DNA of 61,657 nt, filler included, from Sphacelaria rigidula (lineage: Eukaryota): NCBI GenBank assembly GCA_964200075.2. It is 11 parts of 11 records of this genome, joined end to end, with 100 filler letters (N's around TTAATTAATTAA, not from the genome) between each part and the next. Parts side by side here need not be neighbours in the genome. Positions count along the whole stretch, not along the records: positions 11,231 to 16,745 come from CAXNAA020026704.1; positions 16,846 to 22,360 come from CAXNAA020026705.1; positions 22,461 to 27,974 come from CAXNAA020026706.1; 8 more parts are not named here. The stretch is one strand, 5' to 3'. Below, piece by piece: positions 11,972 through 23,760 of the stretch. The position numbers and the translations under genes are program-made. The notes beneath the pieces were generated by a model that was not told the DNA's origin, did not search any database, and saw nothing but the letters and a program-made list of their open reading frames with translations. Within the stretch, counting starts at the first letter, position 1. Each line of letters opens with the position of its first letter.

Positions 11972-14900
11972 GTCAAGTCCTTCATCGGCATTTTGGATAT
12001 CTTCGGCTTCGAGATCATGGGCACCAATAGCTTCGAGCAGCTGTGCATCAACTTCGCCAACGAGGTCCTACAGCGGCAGTTCAACAACCACATCTTCGTC
12101 TTAGAGCTGGCGAGTGGTAGTGGCGTGCACGTGACGGTCGTTGTCTAACCGTGAGAAAAGATTGTCGCACTGTGTGTCTACTGTGGCCATGACTTAAACT
12201 TGACAGGGCACCTCGGTGTAGCAGTGACGCAGCATGGCGGTGCAGTAGTGGTGCAGTAGTGGTGCGGTGGTATTTAGACCCTAGGTAAATACAACATCTC
12301 CGGAACTATTGCCCCGCTGTGATAGCGTTGCTGTGCTGTACATTGAAAGCTACCAGAACTGGTGCGATAGCACTACCAACATGGGTGGGAAAAGGTGGGA
12401 TTCAAGCTATTCCATCTTCTAGTTGACCGTCCGACGCGGGTATGCGTACAGATGAAAGATTCGGGAGCTGCGTTACACCTCTACGAGGTGCAAGCGTTTT
12501 AACGCCGTTCAAGCCGAAGCATGAACATCCCAAAGTATGTCGTGGGAGCCTCTATCATAGGCTCACGGTGGAGTGGGAAAAAGCGGAGCATTCGGCTCAG
12601 GTAATGGCAGGGGTCGGTCAAAGTGCGACAATCAATCAATCAGCCTATGCGAGTAAATAGCAGACCCGGCAACCACAGCATGCAACGAAATTGCGCAGGC
12701 ACGGTACTAGCTTTCAGAACAGACGGCCAATGAAACCGTCTACCTATACTGACGACGCACACACACATATATATATATACATATGTTACACATTCCTCTC
12801 AAAAACAAGTCTAATCTTCGAGCTTGTTTTTTTGCGTGCTCAACCGCTCGCCGTTGCTTTTGTCATATTCGCTTACACGATGCATCGCTCTCCCCCCGAC
12901 GCGTCCCTTGTTGCTGAGACCTCGACGCGGACGGTACACTTCGCCCTCCCGAGCAGGCGGAGTATGCAAGTCAAGGGCTGGAAGTCAAGGACATATCGTT
13001 TCGTTGCAACGAGCGCATCATTGATCTCATCTCCGAAAAGCCACTGGGACTAATGATCATCCTGGAAGATCAGGTGAATCCCCCCGATCAAAGGTGGTGA
13101 ACACCGCAGTGAATCGCCGGGAACATGACCGTTTTTCTCAGCCAAATCAACGGTTATGTGTCACACAATTGTCCCGACACACACGTATATGTGTATATGT
13201 ATTCGTTTTCTCATGGGATTCAGATTTTGAAGTTAAGCTGAAAACGACAAGGCGGGCGCAATCGCACCCGTAAACTCGCTTGCTAGGTATGGTGTCTTTG
13301 TGTCGGCGGGGAACACCAACTTGATACTTTATTACTGGGCCAAGAAAACACTTAGAAGAGGTGGAGCTATCGCACGCCTGATCGATATGGATACCGGCAT
13401 GTATGTGTAGGGCAGACGCCCATATGAGACTCCATACAGTCCTCTAAGAATCGGTAATGGACACCTTGTTGCCCAGAGCATGTTGACGTTAACCTAGTAT
13501 AACAGTGTGAGGCGCTTGCACTTATTTCACTCGGTACCCAGAGGAAATTGCACAACCCATCACCGCGGAAACGCGCTCGTCTCACACAGTACTGGTAAGC
13601 CAGCGCAACGTATTTCAACAATAAAAAAGCGTCATACATCCGAGGTGATTTTTCTGGGGATTGGGATCTCAAGGGACATCCAATTTGTGCGTTTCCGGCC
13701 CCGTCGTGGGGCAGACTGGGGGACCTTTGGTGACGGAGGATACCACCCTCGGGTAACAAAATATAGAATCCACCGCGAGTACCTCTGTGCTCAAGACTAC
13801 AACTCCTAAAGACGCTGTGTGTCTTCGATGAAGGAGTATCAGCGGCACGATTTTCAGTCGGCGTGACCGCCAAAATCGTTTCGAGAAAGGCGTCGTCAAA
13901 ACAGGAGGACCCCACTCGGGTGTTATTCTCCGTAACACATGCCCATTTCAGGGGCCGAGTTATGGTATGTATATGTGCCTGAACTCGGCCACAGGGAATT
14001 ATTTTTTTTTTGTAAGCTGGTATCGCGTTTGCAGTACTGTAGCAGTGCTTCTTCATCGCTTCAAAAACTACTATTGACTAATGCCGAGATTGCCTCCTCA
14101 CAAAAAGTGCAACGGAGACCGTCCGACAAACCGCCTGCGATTCCCACTATAAGGCTCGTTTGCAGCAATTTCGCCCACATGAGAGGCGAGTAACAGTCCG
14201 AAATCAGCTATATATAAGGCCCAAATGGGTCGCGTCGTGCAGCACGAAACCAGCTCTAACGGCATTTATGATCATCGCCTCCGTGCACTTTTTTGGCAGG
14301 TTCGGGGGGGGGGCTTTCTCGGCAGCAGTCTATTTCGCACTCATCCCCGTGAAAACTGCTCGAAATACAATGAGATGTTATTTACTAATATTCGCTTCCT
14401 TGCCCCCGGATTCCGCGCTCTTGTGATGGTGGTTGTGGATTATGACGGAATACCAGGTGTTGACGGGACGTAAAGCTCACGCGACGAACAAGTTAACCGA
14501 TCGGAAGGTGTTAGATCTTTACCACCAGGTGAATAAAAACATATATACATATATATATATATACATGTATATATGTATAAATGAGAAGCTCGGTGCGGGA
14601 TATGCGATTTGCTAGAGCTTAAGCCCGCTCTCATGTCGTAATTCGTTTGCCGCTAGCTGGCGATGCCATCGGAATTTCTTTTTGAGAGAGAACTTGATAT
14701 TTGGCTATACTCGAAACCTGTCGGCTGTCCCTCCAGAGCATTGTTTCCGGGCTTTCCCATGACGCGTACGGCAGTGTTCGACACCTCTTCGCAATGTGCG
14801 GCACGTCGGTCTATAGCAGAAGCTACGAGATTTCACGTACGACCTCTCCGATAGAGAGATTAATAGTTGGTTACAGGCTACAAAAGTGAGATAAATGACT

Positions 14901-16057
14901 GGTTGCAGTTTTCAAAGGTAAGATTCATTGCTGTTTATTGGTTTCAGAAGTGAGTTTCATCGCTGGCCACAGGTTTCAAATGTGAGTGGTAAATCTCGTT
15001 CAGAACACACTGCAATAGCGACTAAAACTGACTCTCTTCTTGCATTCCCACCAAGGAGCGTGCCGTAGATTAGGGAGAGGGACTACGGGATCCCGGCCGA
15101 TCATTCTTCAATCTGAAGTCCCCATGGGAAACAAAACCTCGCACTGCCACAACAAATCATGTCCATCGGCGGATTCCGAGGGGAATTTCCCGATGATACA
15201 CGTTCCGGTGTCAACTGACGCCGGAGAGATCTTTAAGCAGATTCGGCTCCATGATCGCACCCCTGCTGCCACGCCTAACGCTCCGTTGGCTGAAATGTTC
15301 AGTATTAGCATATTTCAGGATATCATAGCCACGCTTTATAGCTCCCTTGTTTCGTTCTTCATCACGCCCTGTTGACTGTCCGCAGATACGATTGTGTAAC
15401 GGCGCTTTTGCTGAAAGTCGTTGCACACGTTAACCGACCAAATGTCCGCTCTATACAACGAGCGTGCTTCAACAAACCCTCCGCTGCCTCTCTGCAGTAC
15501 CGCGTGCGTGTGGGCCTAGACACAGAATCATCACGGCAGCAGCGCATCCCTTGTAGATGCAAAAACAAGGCGCTCCTTCAGCAGTGTTGGGCGAAACCGT
15601 CCTCGTCTCGGCACGCCATTTCCATGCTCGTTTGTGTTTTTGGGTGTACTCATGATCATGCATGCCATAGTCATAAGACCATTGACACCGCATCCCCGCA
15701 AAGCTTTTTTTTGGGGGGGGGGGGGCGGAAAGGCCTTCCTTTCCCAGTGTTGGGCGAAACAGTCCTTGGCTCAGCGTGTCGATTTGGGCGGCCTTCTTTG
15801 AAGGAAGTCGAGTCTGGAATTGTTTCCCCCAAAAGTTGTGCTCTCCCACCCTCTGCGCCAGTCCAACATGTTGCCCGCCTACCGAGTGCGCGAACCCCGC
15901 TATGGATGAAAATCTGCAGGAACATCACCGACGCAAACCGCACCCGAACTACGAGAAGCCGCGGATCGAGTGCGACCAGTTCATCCTCAAACATTTCGCC
16001 GGAAGGGTCACGTACGACATCGTAGGATTTCTGGAGAAGAACAACGACGCCCTGCAG
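11972..16057 (+). CDS. Myosin motor domain, four internal exons: 11972-12109, 12957-13073, 14457-14528, 15920-16057
   Basis: Spliced product [52 protein letters not shown]...[19 protein letters not shown]/...[11 protein letters not shown]/...[26 protein letters not shown]. It contains switch II DIFGFE and the HFAG.V.Y motif. All junctions are phase 0. Confidence 0.96.
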
Positions 16058-16544
16058 GTAAGCGTGCTCCTACTTACTGTCGAGGACTGCATCACTGTTA
16101 CCGTGGCGAGATCTTCCAGTACAAGATGTGTGAGAAGGTAGTGGAGAGAACGTATTCACGAAGCACTACGTCCCCCAGCAAAGCCGTTCCGCTCACGCCT
16201 TCCTTGTTACCGGACGCTCCAATCTGGTAGCGTTTCCTGTTGACACGCGAATTACCAAAGTCGTACACAGCTACCCCGGAGGACGAGCAGAAACCTCCCG
16301 CACACACACAGCCTTCCACCCTGCGCTAAAGCTGCAAAAGCGCACTCCGTTTATACTGCGAGAAACTGCATTTCACGTCAATCGCAGAACGCGCCCCATA
16401 TTCCTCTTCGCTCCCCCACCCCCCCCCCACCCCACACCCCCCGCACACCCCNNNNNNNNNNCCCCCCTTTTATTTCGGGAAAACCCACTTCCCCCCACAC
16501 CCAAAAAGCCCCCCCCTTTCCCCTTCCCCCCCCCCCCCCCCCCC

Positions 16545-16745
16545 CCCCATATACGGGTGATTGAGAGAGGGTATAGGGATGATAGCATATCTGCATGGTC
16601 CAATGGACGCTGCGAAACATTTGAAACTGCGATTCCGGGTGGGGGACCTAGACCTGCCAGAAAGAAGAAAGAGATAAAAAAGTCGTCGAAGGGACGAGGA
16701 AGAAGATGGACAGAACTGCCTCTGTGGCAAAGCAATAGAGAGTAG
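16545..16745 (+). mobile_element. LINE ORF2 C-terminal fragment
   Basis: Same YLHGPMD...LKLRFRVGDLDL...CGKAIES segment as in 22745-23716 and 51055-52290. Confidence 0.8.
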
Positions 16746-17615
16746 NNNNNNNNNNNNNNNNNNNNNNNNNNNNNNNNNNNNNNNNNNNNTTAATTAATTA
16801 ANNNNNNNNNNNNNNNNNNNNNNNNNNNNNNNNNNNNNNNNNNNNGCTTTGGATGAGATAAGGGGCTCCTAACAATTCTAACCTCAGAAATTATTTCTGT
16901 ACCCCTACCGTAGCATCACTCATTCCGAGAAAATTCCGCAAAGCACACGTTGGATCTATGATACTTACATGAGATCCCACTGCTTGAAAAGCGTGCAAAC
17001 TGCAGTGATCGCGTTCGTTCGATATTTTGCGGAAGGCGGAAGCACGGGAATGTTAGCCCAGATTTCCACCGCAACGTTGGAGTCTACCGCAAGTTATCGT
17101 ATGTTTGTGCAATCATACACTCATATGTCCGCGCTGCCGTTGCCACCGCGTGTAAAACTCTCGGGATAAAGAAATTAGTATCGCTCACATCACATGAAGG
17201 ATGACAAAAACAGGCACAATATCTTCAAGTCTCTATGCACTCAGCTTTGCAGAATGTATGGCTCGTGTCATGATGATCCTCAAGAATTTTCTAGCTGAGA
17301 GAGCGCAAGTATCGACCCGGCAACCGGTGACCATTTGCATCAGATACTCGGTGCACTTGTATCTCAAAAGGATAAGACCGGTGACCCCGATCAGTCAGCG
17401 TCAAATACTATGCGCAACATCTAGTCCAGAGTTGCAAAGAAACCGCGAAGTTTGAGATACCTGAATGACCAACCGAATCAGATACACCTACAGGGCTCCC
17501 TTGCTATGCTGCACGTGGCTGACGTCCTTCTTTTCGTGCTACACTTACATACGGTATTCAGCTCAATGCATTTTGGAGCTTCAGCTCGAACATTGTATGG
17601 GTATCTTCCGCTCAC

Positions 17616-20600
17616 CGAAAGGCTGCTGGCTCGCCTTTTCTGGCTGGCATTGCTCCTTGATGCTCGCTTCCCCAAGACATCATCATCCGCGGCTTTTGAC
17701 GCTGTTTCACTGGGTGCTCTGCTCGTCGCACTATCGTTCTCGGCAGTCTGCACATCGTCTCCCAACCCTTGCTCCTCCGTAGAGCTTGTCCTGTCGCTTT
17801 GCGATGTCCGTCTTCCCGCTTTTCCCCAGGAACCAGAAAAAAAAACAAGCACGTGAGTAGTGCTGAAGTAAAGCGAAATCGGAGTCATGAATACTTCCAC
17901 GCTGAAGGGCGAACGATTCGGGCATGAGTGGAATGAGGGCATGCGGACATCAAGTGCGCGATCGAATCTGTGAAGTTTGATACAGAATGCATTCATGTTG
18001 AGTGGTGAACTCTCAGAATATCGCAAGTTAGCTGAGGGGCACCGTTTGATATTTTTTAAACCAAGGGCGAAACCAGGCACAAGCCAGAGAAAGAACAGTC
18101 GGAAGACAAAAAAAATAGAGCGGAAATGCCAGAGAGCATGTGCCCTTCCCGGCGGTTCCCCCGTAGCTGCTGCTTGCCGAATGCATCGTATTCGACACTG
18201 GTGCGCCACGCACGCAGCTGCTGCGGTACTATGTACATGGCGCTGTATCCATCGGTTGCATCAGCCGCAGCTGACCTCTTCACTCAGGGGTGGGCAGGTT
18301 GAGCTCCCGGTGCTGTAGCTGAGGCCGACGAAGGATTGTCTACGCCATCCCCTCTACGCCAAGCCTTTTTCTGTGACCTCACTTCGTTCCCGTCTCCGGG
18401 TACACCCCAAACCAGGTCGAAACCCTGACATCAGCCTACCCTAGGGCCTAGCCTTAGCTCAAGAGCTGAACATAAATCCAAATCTTCACCTAAATCTGAA
18501 GCGGATCTCGAGCCCGAATCCAAACCTCAACACTGATCTTAACCTACTAGTCAACGCCAACTCTCAGGACACACCTACCGCGGGAACTAACGTCCAGTCG
18601 TGTTCCGCCTTGATCCTCTGACACTGAAGATGCCTCAGTCAACACAAGGACAACTACTTCCTACGCCGGAGGCTGCAAAAGCTCTACGGTGTCTGTACAG
18701 TACGAAGCTCTTCGCGGCATTCGAACGCACGAGCCAACACACACACGACAGCAGTACCGGGCGATAATCACCGGCCTCTCCTCCCGTAAATCTTAGGCAA
18801 GGATGGTGATTTTGAATTTTGAGGCAGCGCGTGTTGGGCAAGGTCGCCTTCAACAATCCGACGAGGAAACTTTAGTACAAAGTTGCATGGATACCGCCGG
18901 GTTGGCATTTTTCTGGGACAAAACCAGAGGTGATGTGCGACAGCGCGTGATCTGCGCATCCAGGTAGTAAGTAGGACACAAGCCAGGTTTCGCTGAAAAG
19001 ACCAAACCGTTGGTATAAGCGTGTAACATGGAATCCCTTGCATGGCGCGTTCAGCCGTGAGGCAGTACTATCTTTGGTTCCGCTCCGTTTATCGCGACGC
19101 ATTTCATCTGAGTTCGCGCGTACCACGTCACCACTTTCGTACAGGTTCTTGTGAACGGTTGTTCCTGTAGTGAGTAAATTGTCCATCCTCTTCGTTGTCA
19201 GTAAGCTTAGTGTTAGGGTCGGGTTTCAAGTGTGTGCATGTACATGGGTTGAGCCCCGGGTTTCCGCGGAGCACCCCTGACTGGAAAAAAAGCTCTGACG
19301 CGTTTTCAGACTGTTTGGCTAGAATATCGGGACACTTGACGTCGGGTCATAACCCAGAGGGTAACATGATGGAGTCTAATAGAGGCTGAGTTTGCTCGTC
19401 GTGCACCCCGCCTCCCCCTCCGTAATTTCTCACACATCCTAAGCTACAAGCATAGTCAACACGCACTGTAGGCTCTGATCAATTCCCTCATCTGGATCTT
19501 TGGGGTGTCCACTTCTCCGATCTTCGGTACCCGATGGGATGTTTCGATTCTCTACACACAAACGCTAGCAGTGCGTAAAGCGTTTGGTCGTAGACATACC
19601 ATACACTTTTTTTTCATCTGGCTGCTAAACTGAACAACCTACTATTTACTGTGACCATATTCATTTGAAAAAAGGCATTGACCTCTTAGCCCGGTATTCT
19701 GCCTTAGATGTCAAGTCACGACAAAAGGGTGAGACTAAAAGCGCCTCAACAGAACACTCGAGTCACATCGTATGAACAGCATATGATGAGTACCCCAGAT
19801 GGAAACTAAAACTCGAACCTCCCGAAGGACCCCCAAAAAACACAGACTGTCGCCTTCTCCCGGTGGAATTTTTTTTGATCGCGATCGTCGTGAACTTCTC
19901 TGATAGTGGGTATCAAAAGCAGTGAATAGCACCGCCAATGACTGATAGTGTCTGGTTGGTCACACATTATATACCGCACAGAAGCGTTAACCCGTGAGAA
20001 ATTCCCTCCCGTTTTATGCATCACACTCGTGTGTCAGTATTTTCGGTATGACATTACCTTCAACCATAGATGATTGCTCCGAGCTGCCGTCGACGTCCGT
20101 GTGCGTTCCTTCCTGTCCTTTGGAGAGGTTGCCGCTTGGGTTCTTCAATATCCCGCGTTTACTGCCCTGCCTCAAGAAGTGTTTGGAGTCCTGCTTGATA
20201 AGGGGATCAGCTGGGTTTCTCGTGCTGGAAGCGGAGGCAGCAAAGTATTGGGGGAGGACAGACAAGCAGGCGGGGGAGGGCGACGGCGGCGGGGGGTGAG
20301 AAATAGTTTCTAAATGCCGTTTGGCTATGTAAAACGAAATTTGACATCTGCGCAACATCTCTGTAAGTGAATGTTTTGTCTGAACCCCGCCCCGCTACTC
20401 CTCCTTCCCCCAAGATGTTGAACAGTGGGAGCGTGGATATCAAGTCGACTGCAACGCAAAGCTAGCTATGGAACTCCAGCGTAGACCGCACTTGGTGATA
20501 GATAACCTCGACGTTTCTTCTTGTGCAGGGTTGACAGGTATCCTCTCGAACACCTGTGTTCCTGTCTGTCGGCTTCATCCTCCCAAATTCTTGACGTTTT

Positions 20601-21663
20601 GAGAACGTGCAGCTGTGTACTCCAAGGATTCGCGCCCCTCACACCACCTCCAGTACAACGAATGAGGGGGTGCCAAACGTGGGTATCATCGCCCCCGTGG
20701 GGTACCAACAACGAGGCTACCTGCTGCTTGCTCCCGGGATCCCGGCATTGTCCTTTGCATCTGCGGGGGTCGGGTTGGTGGTAGATACAACGCCAGTCGC
20801 CGCTCTCTTCAAGCGACTCTTATCCCGCTTGTGCACAGCGACAGCTCGCTTCAGCCTAGCGATGAAAAAGATCGATCGCAAGAACGTTCCTGCGTCCGAA
20901 AAAAAAAGAGTGGGAGGAACAGGGACACTTCTTATCCGTACACACTTGTAGCGTAATCGACTATTGTGCTTCGATGGCTCTAGATGCGTATGTATGTACG
21001 CGTATTCGGCGTTGCTATTACTCGGGCGTCGAGGAAGCAGCCGTATTCGGATGATGTAGAGCGCAATGTACAGGAGGAGCTCTCGGCCGACTAGACGTGG
21101 TCGGACGAGCGACACACGCTGTTGTTGCGACCGAAACATGTGACGTGACTGCAGCGTTTTGAAAGCGGAGGAGGCGTTCCTGTTTGTTTCGCCCGCATTT
21201 CGGGTCAACACAATCTTGTTCTGCGTTAGGAATACTTCTGTTCAATTAATACGCATCACCATCAGGTGGGTAGCTGGCTGAGGGAACCAAATGTCGGCAT
21301 GTGCAAGTTCATGCGTCTGAGCGCTCCGCACAAGCAGCGCAGCAAATGCATTTACCGCACCTACAACGCCGCCGCAATTAGCATGTGCTTCGAGGTTGAA
21401 ATTCCGCCTACCGTATTGCTTAAGAAGCACCCATAGACTGCATACAGCGGCAGGAGGATGAGAAGGACGAGAAGGACGAGAAGGACTAGGAGGACGACGA
21501 CGAGATGAAGGACCAACTGCACACGCAAGAATACGTACCTGTCATGAATTTCCGTCGATCCGCCCGCGGCAGGTGACCTCTTCCGTACCCCACGTACAGG
21601 TGATGTGTGTCCGGGTTTACTACAAAAGCCGCGGCGGCGTTGATGTCCTCGCCGTGAACTAGC
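17616..21663 (-). CDS. Unidentified multi-exon gene (exons 21663-21539, 20889-20721, 20224-20058, 17818-17616)
   Basis: AG/GT-bounded exons with mutually compatible phases give LVHGEDINAAAAFVVNPDTHHLYVGYGRGHLPRADRRKFMT-G-TFLRSIFFIARLKRAV...-TRNPADPLIKQ...-GRRTSQSD.... An extra exon near 19160 is possible. Family not recognised. Confidence 0.65.
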
Positions 21664-22544
21664 CTGTATGTCGTTTCGCACAGAAACGTACGAAGAAGGC
21701 AAGAATCAACACTTCCTCGGGTTTTCTTTTCCCCATTTCCCTCCTTTGCCCACTTTTCCATCTGTGGATTGGCTTCCTTTGCTGCTGACAAGGCTACGTG
21801 CGAAATGGGCCACAAATCAGCTGATGTGAGATAACCAATAAATCAATCAATCAACTGTACGTTTATCAACGATGCCTGATTCCGAATATTTTCAGAGAAC
21901 TTTGTCCATTCACCCCTCCTTTTCCCCAGTTTTTTCTACGCTTTGTGTTCCCGAAAGAAAACCTCCCTGGAAGCGGCGTTTATTCTGGCAAAAAATGATA
22001 CATTCGTCGTAAAAAAGCCGTTTTTAAAAGTATGAAGTTAGGTCAAAACATTACCAAGCAGTATGAATGGACGTTCTTTAGCGGTGACAAGCGTGTTCGA
22101 ACAACCGCCGTTTCTGCCTTCAACGACGACTTGAAGTGGAATATCGGGGAAGACATGGCCCGAAATACCCCTCTCCCCCCCCCATCATAGCATGGCTCTG
22201 GAAGGATCTCGTCGAGATCATTGACAAACGATGTAAATCAGGAATGAAGGTTCTGCTCCACGAAATAAGGAAACTGAAAAGATTTTCAGACTCGTACCCG
22301 GGGGTTGGGGGGTGTATTATGATCATGCATGTCATGGTCATCAGACCATTGACCTCGCATNNNNNNNNNNNNNNNNNNNNNNNNNNNNNNNNNNNNNNNN
22401 NNNNTTAATTAATTAANNNNNNNNNNNNNNNNNNNNNNNNNNNNNNNNNNNNNNNNNNNNACTTGGTGTTACTTGGTGTCAATGAGATATTGCTTTTAGA
22501 GCTTAAATATGTTTTTAGGCTGGCCTAGCTCATTGCACTAGAGC

Positions 22545-22710
22545 CGAAAAACTGTGCTTCACGGCCAATAACACCCTCCTGATAAACGGAGTATTTTCTC
22601 GTATCGCCCGATAACACCAACTAACACCAAGTTGGGCCCTGTGTTTCGAGGATGATGTGTTTATTGTCACAGAATCTACCGACGCTAGCAATTTCGAGTT
22701 CTATCGAAGA
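22545..22710. repeat. Dispersed repeat with an inverted copy at ~40030-40197
   Basis: Shared TACTCCGTTTATCAGGAGGGTG core with similar flanks. Confidence 0.75.
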
Positions 22711-22744
22711 GTAGTACGCGAGGAAAACCCCCAAACACCCCTGA

Positions 22745-23716
22745 ATAGTTAGACCGCCCACTACTGTAGAATATGCACAAGTATGGGAAGGGAGCGCGAA
22801 GTTCGTGAAGCAGCTGGAAACAATGCACATGGCAGAAGCTGAGAAAATACTTGGACGCTCAAAAACGACGCGTAGTACAGAAATGGGAATGTACCCCTTC
22901 AAAATAGAGATCTGCGAAATTCGACATGGCACTGTACGTACGGAACATGCCAAGGAAGAGACTGCCAGCAACAATTGATGGGACTGTATGGCAGAAAGTA
23001 ACGCAAGGGCAGGATGAAATAAAGTTGGATAGCATCGTCGAGAACGTATGGACGGATATAGGAGTAAAGCAAGACGAGGTGATGTTCATATGTGAACGTG
23101 GGGGGTACAAGACAAAACTAAGAGACATGATAAAAATAAGGGAAACACTAGCGCTCAGGAGAGAAGTGGACGAGGAAGAGCACCCAAAGATATACAGGAG
23201 TTTGAGAGAAGGAAAAGGAACGAAAACACATCTGCACGGCCCGATGTACTACGCGAAAAAGTTGAAACTGCGATTTCGGGTGAGGGATCTAGACCTGTGG
23301 GGGAAAAAGGGAGACCAGTAGTCAGGTGGAGGAGGAAGTAGACGCACAGAATTACCCCTGTGGCAAAGCAATAGAGAGTAAACCTCGTATAGGGGCAGGA
23401 TGTGTACTATACACGGCGGAACGGGCGTGTTAGGGGGGAAATATGGGTGAAACATGACGAAGGTGGCATGAAGTTTGATGCGTTATGTAGTTTCGAGAAA
23501 AAGATCGCTATGCTAGGAGATAGATAGTGGCCACAGACGGCGAATCAGGAAGGGAATAACATATGTAAAAGAATTTGTGCAATGTATGGAAAAAACGTCA
23601 TGAGCGCCCAAATGTTGGAGGTGTCCCTATTAGGAGCAGGAACGGTGCTCCGTCTCGAAAGGGATGCGTGATAAATGGCCAAATAACTAAGGCAAGCAAC
23701 AAATGAGTACACCCCC
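22745..23716 (+). mobile_element. 5'-truncated, decayed LINE (non-LTR retrotransposon) in a sacsin-gene intron
   Basis: Degenerate ORF2 C-terminus (VRNMPRKRLP, KTHLHGPM, KLKLRFRV, remnant CCHC knuckle), then a 3' end AAGGCAAGCAACAAATGAGTACACCCCC. Several copies occur in other contigs. Confidence 0.82.
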
Positions 23717-23760
23717 AGTCCAACACCAACAAATAACGGTACGAAGCACGCTTCATTCAC

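Noticed and set aside
16410..16550. Poly-C/G runs with internal Ns (also 60590-60780)
   Set aside because: Low-quality homopolymer sequence; the Gly/Pro-rich ORFs there are artefacts.
23545..23760. Hydrophobic C-terminus of ORF 23545..24639 as a TM domain
   Set aside because: It lies beyond the GT donor at 23760 and is largely antisense LINE 3' sequence in the intron.
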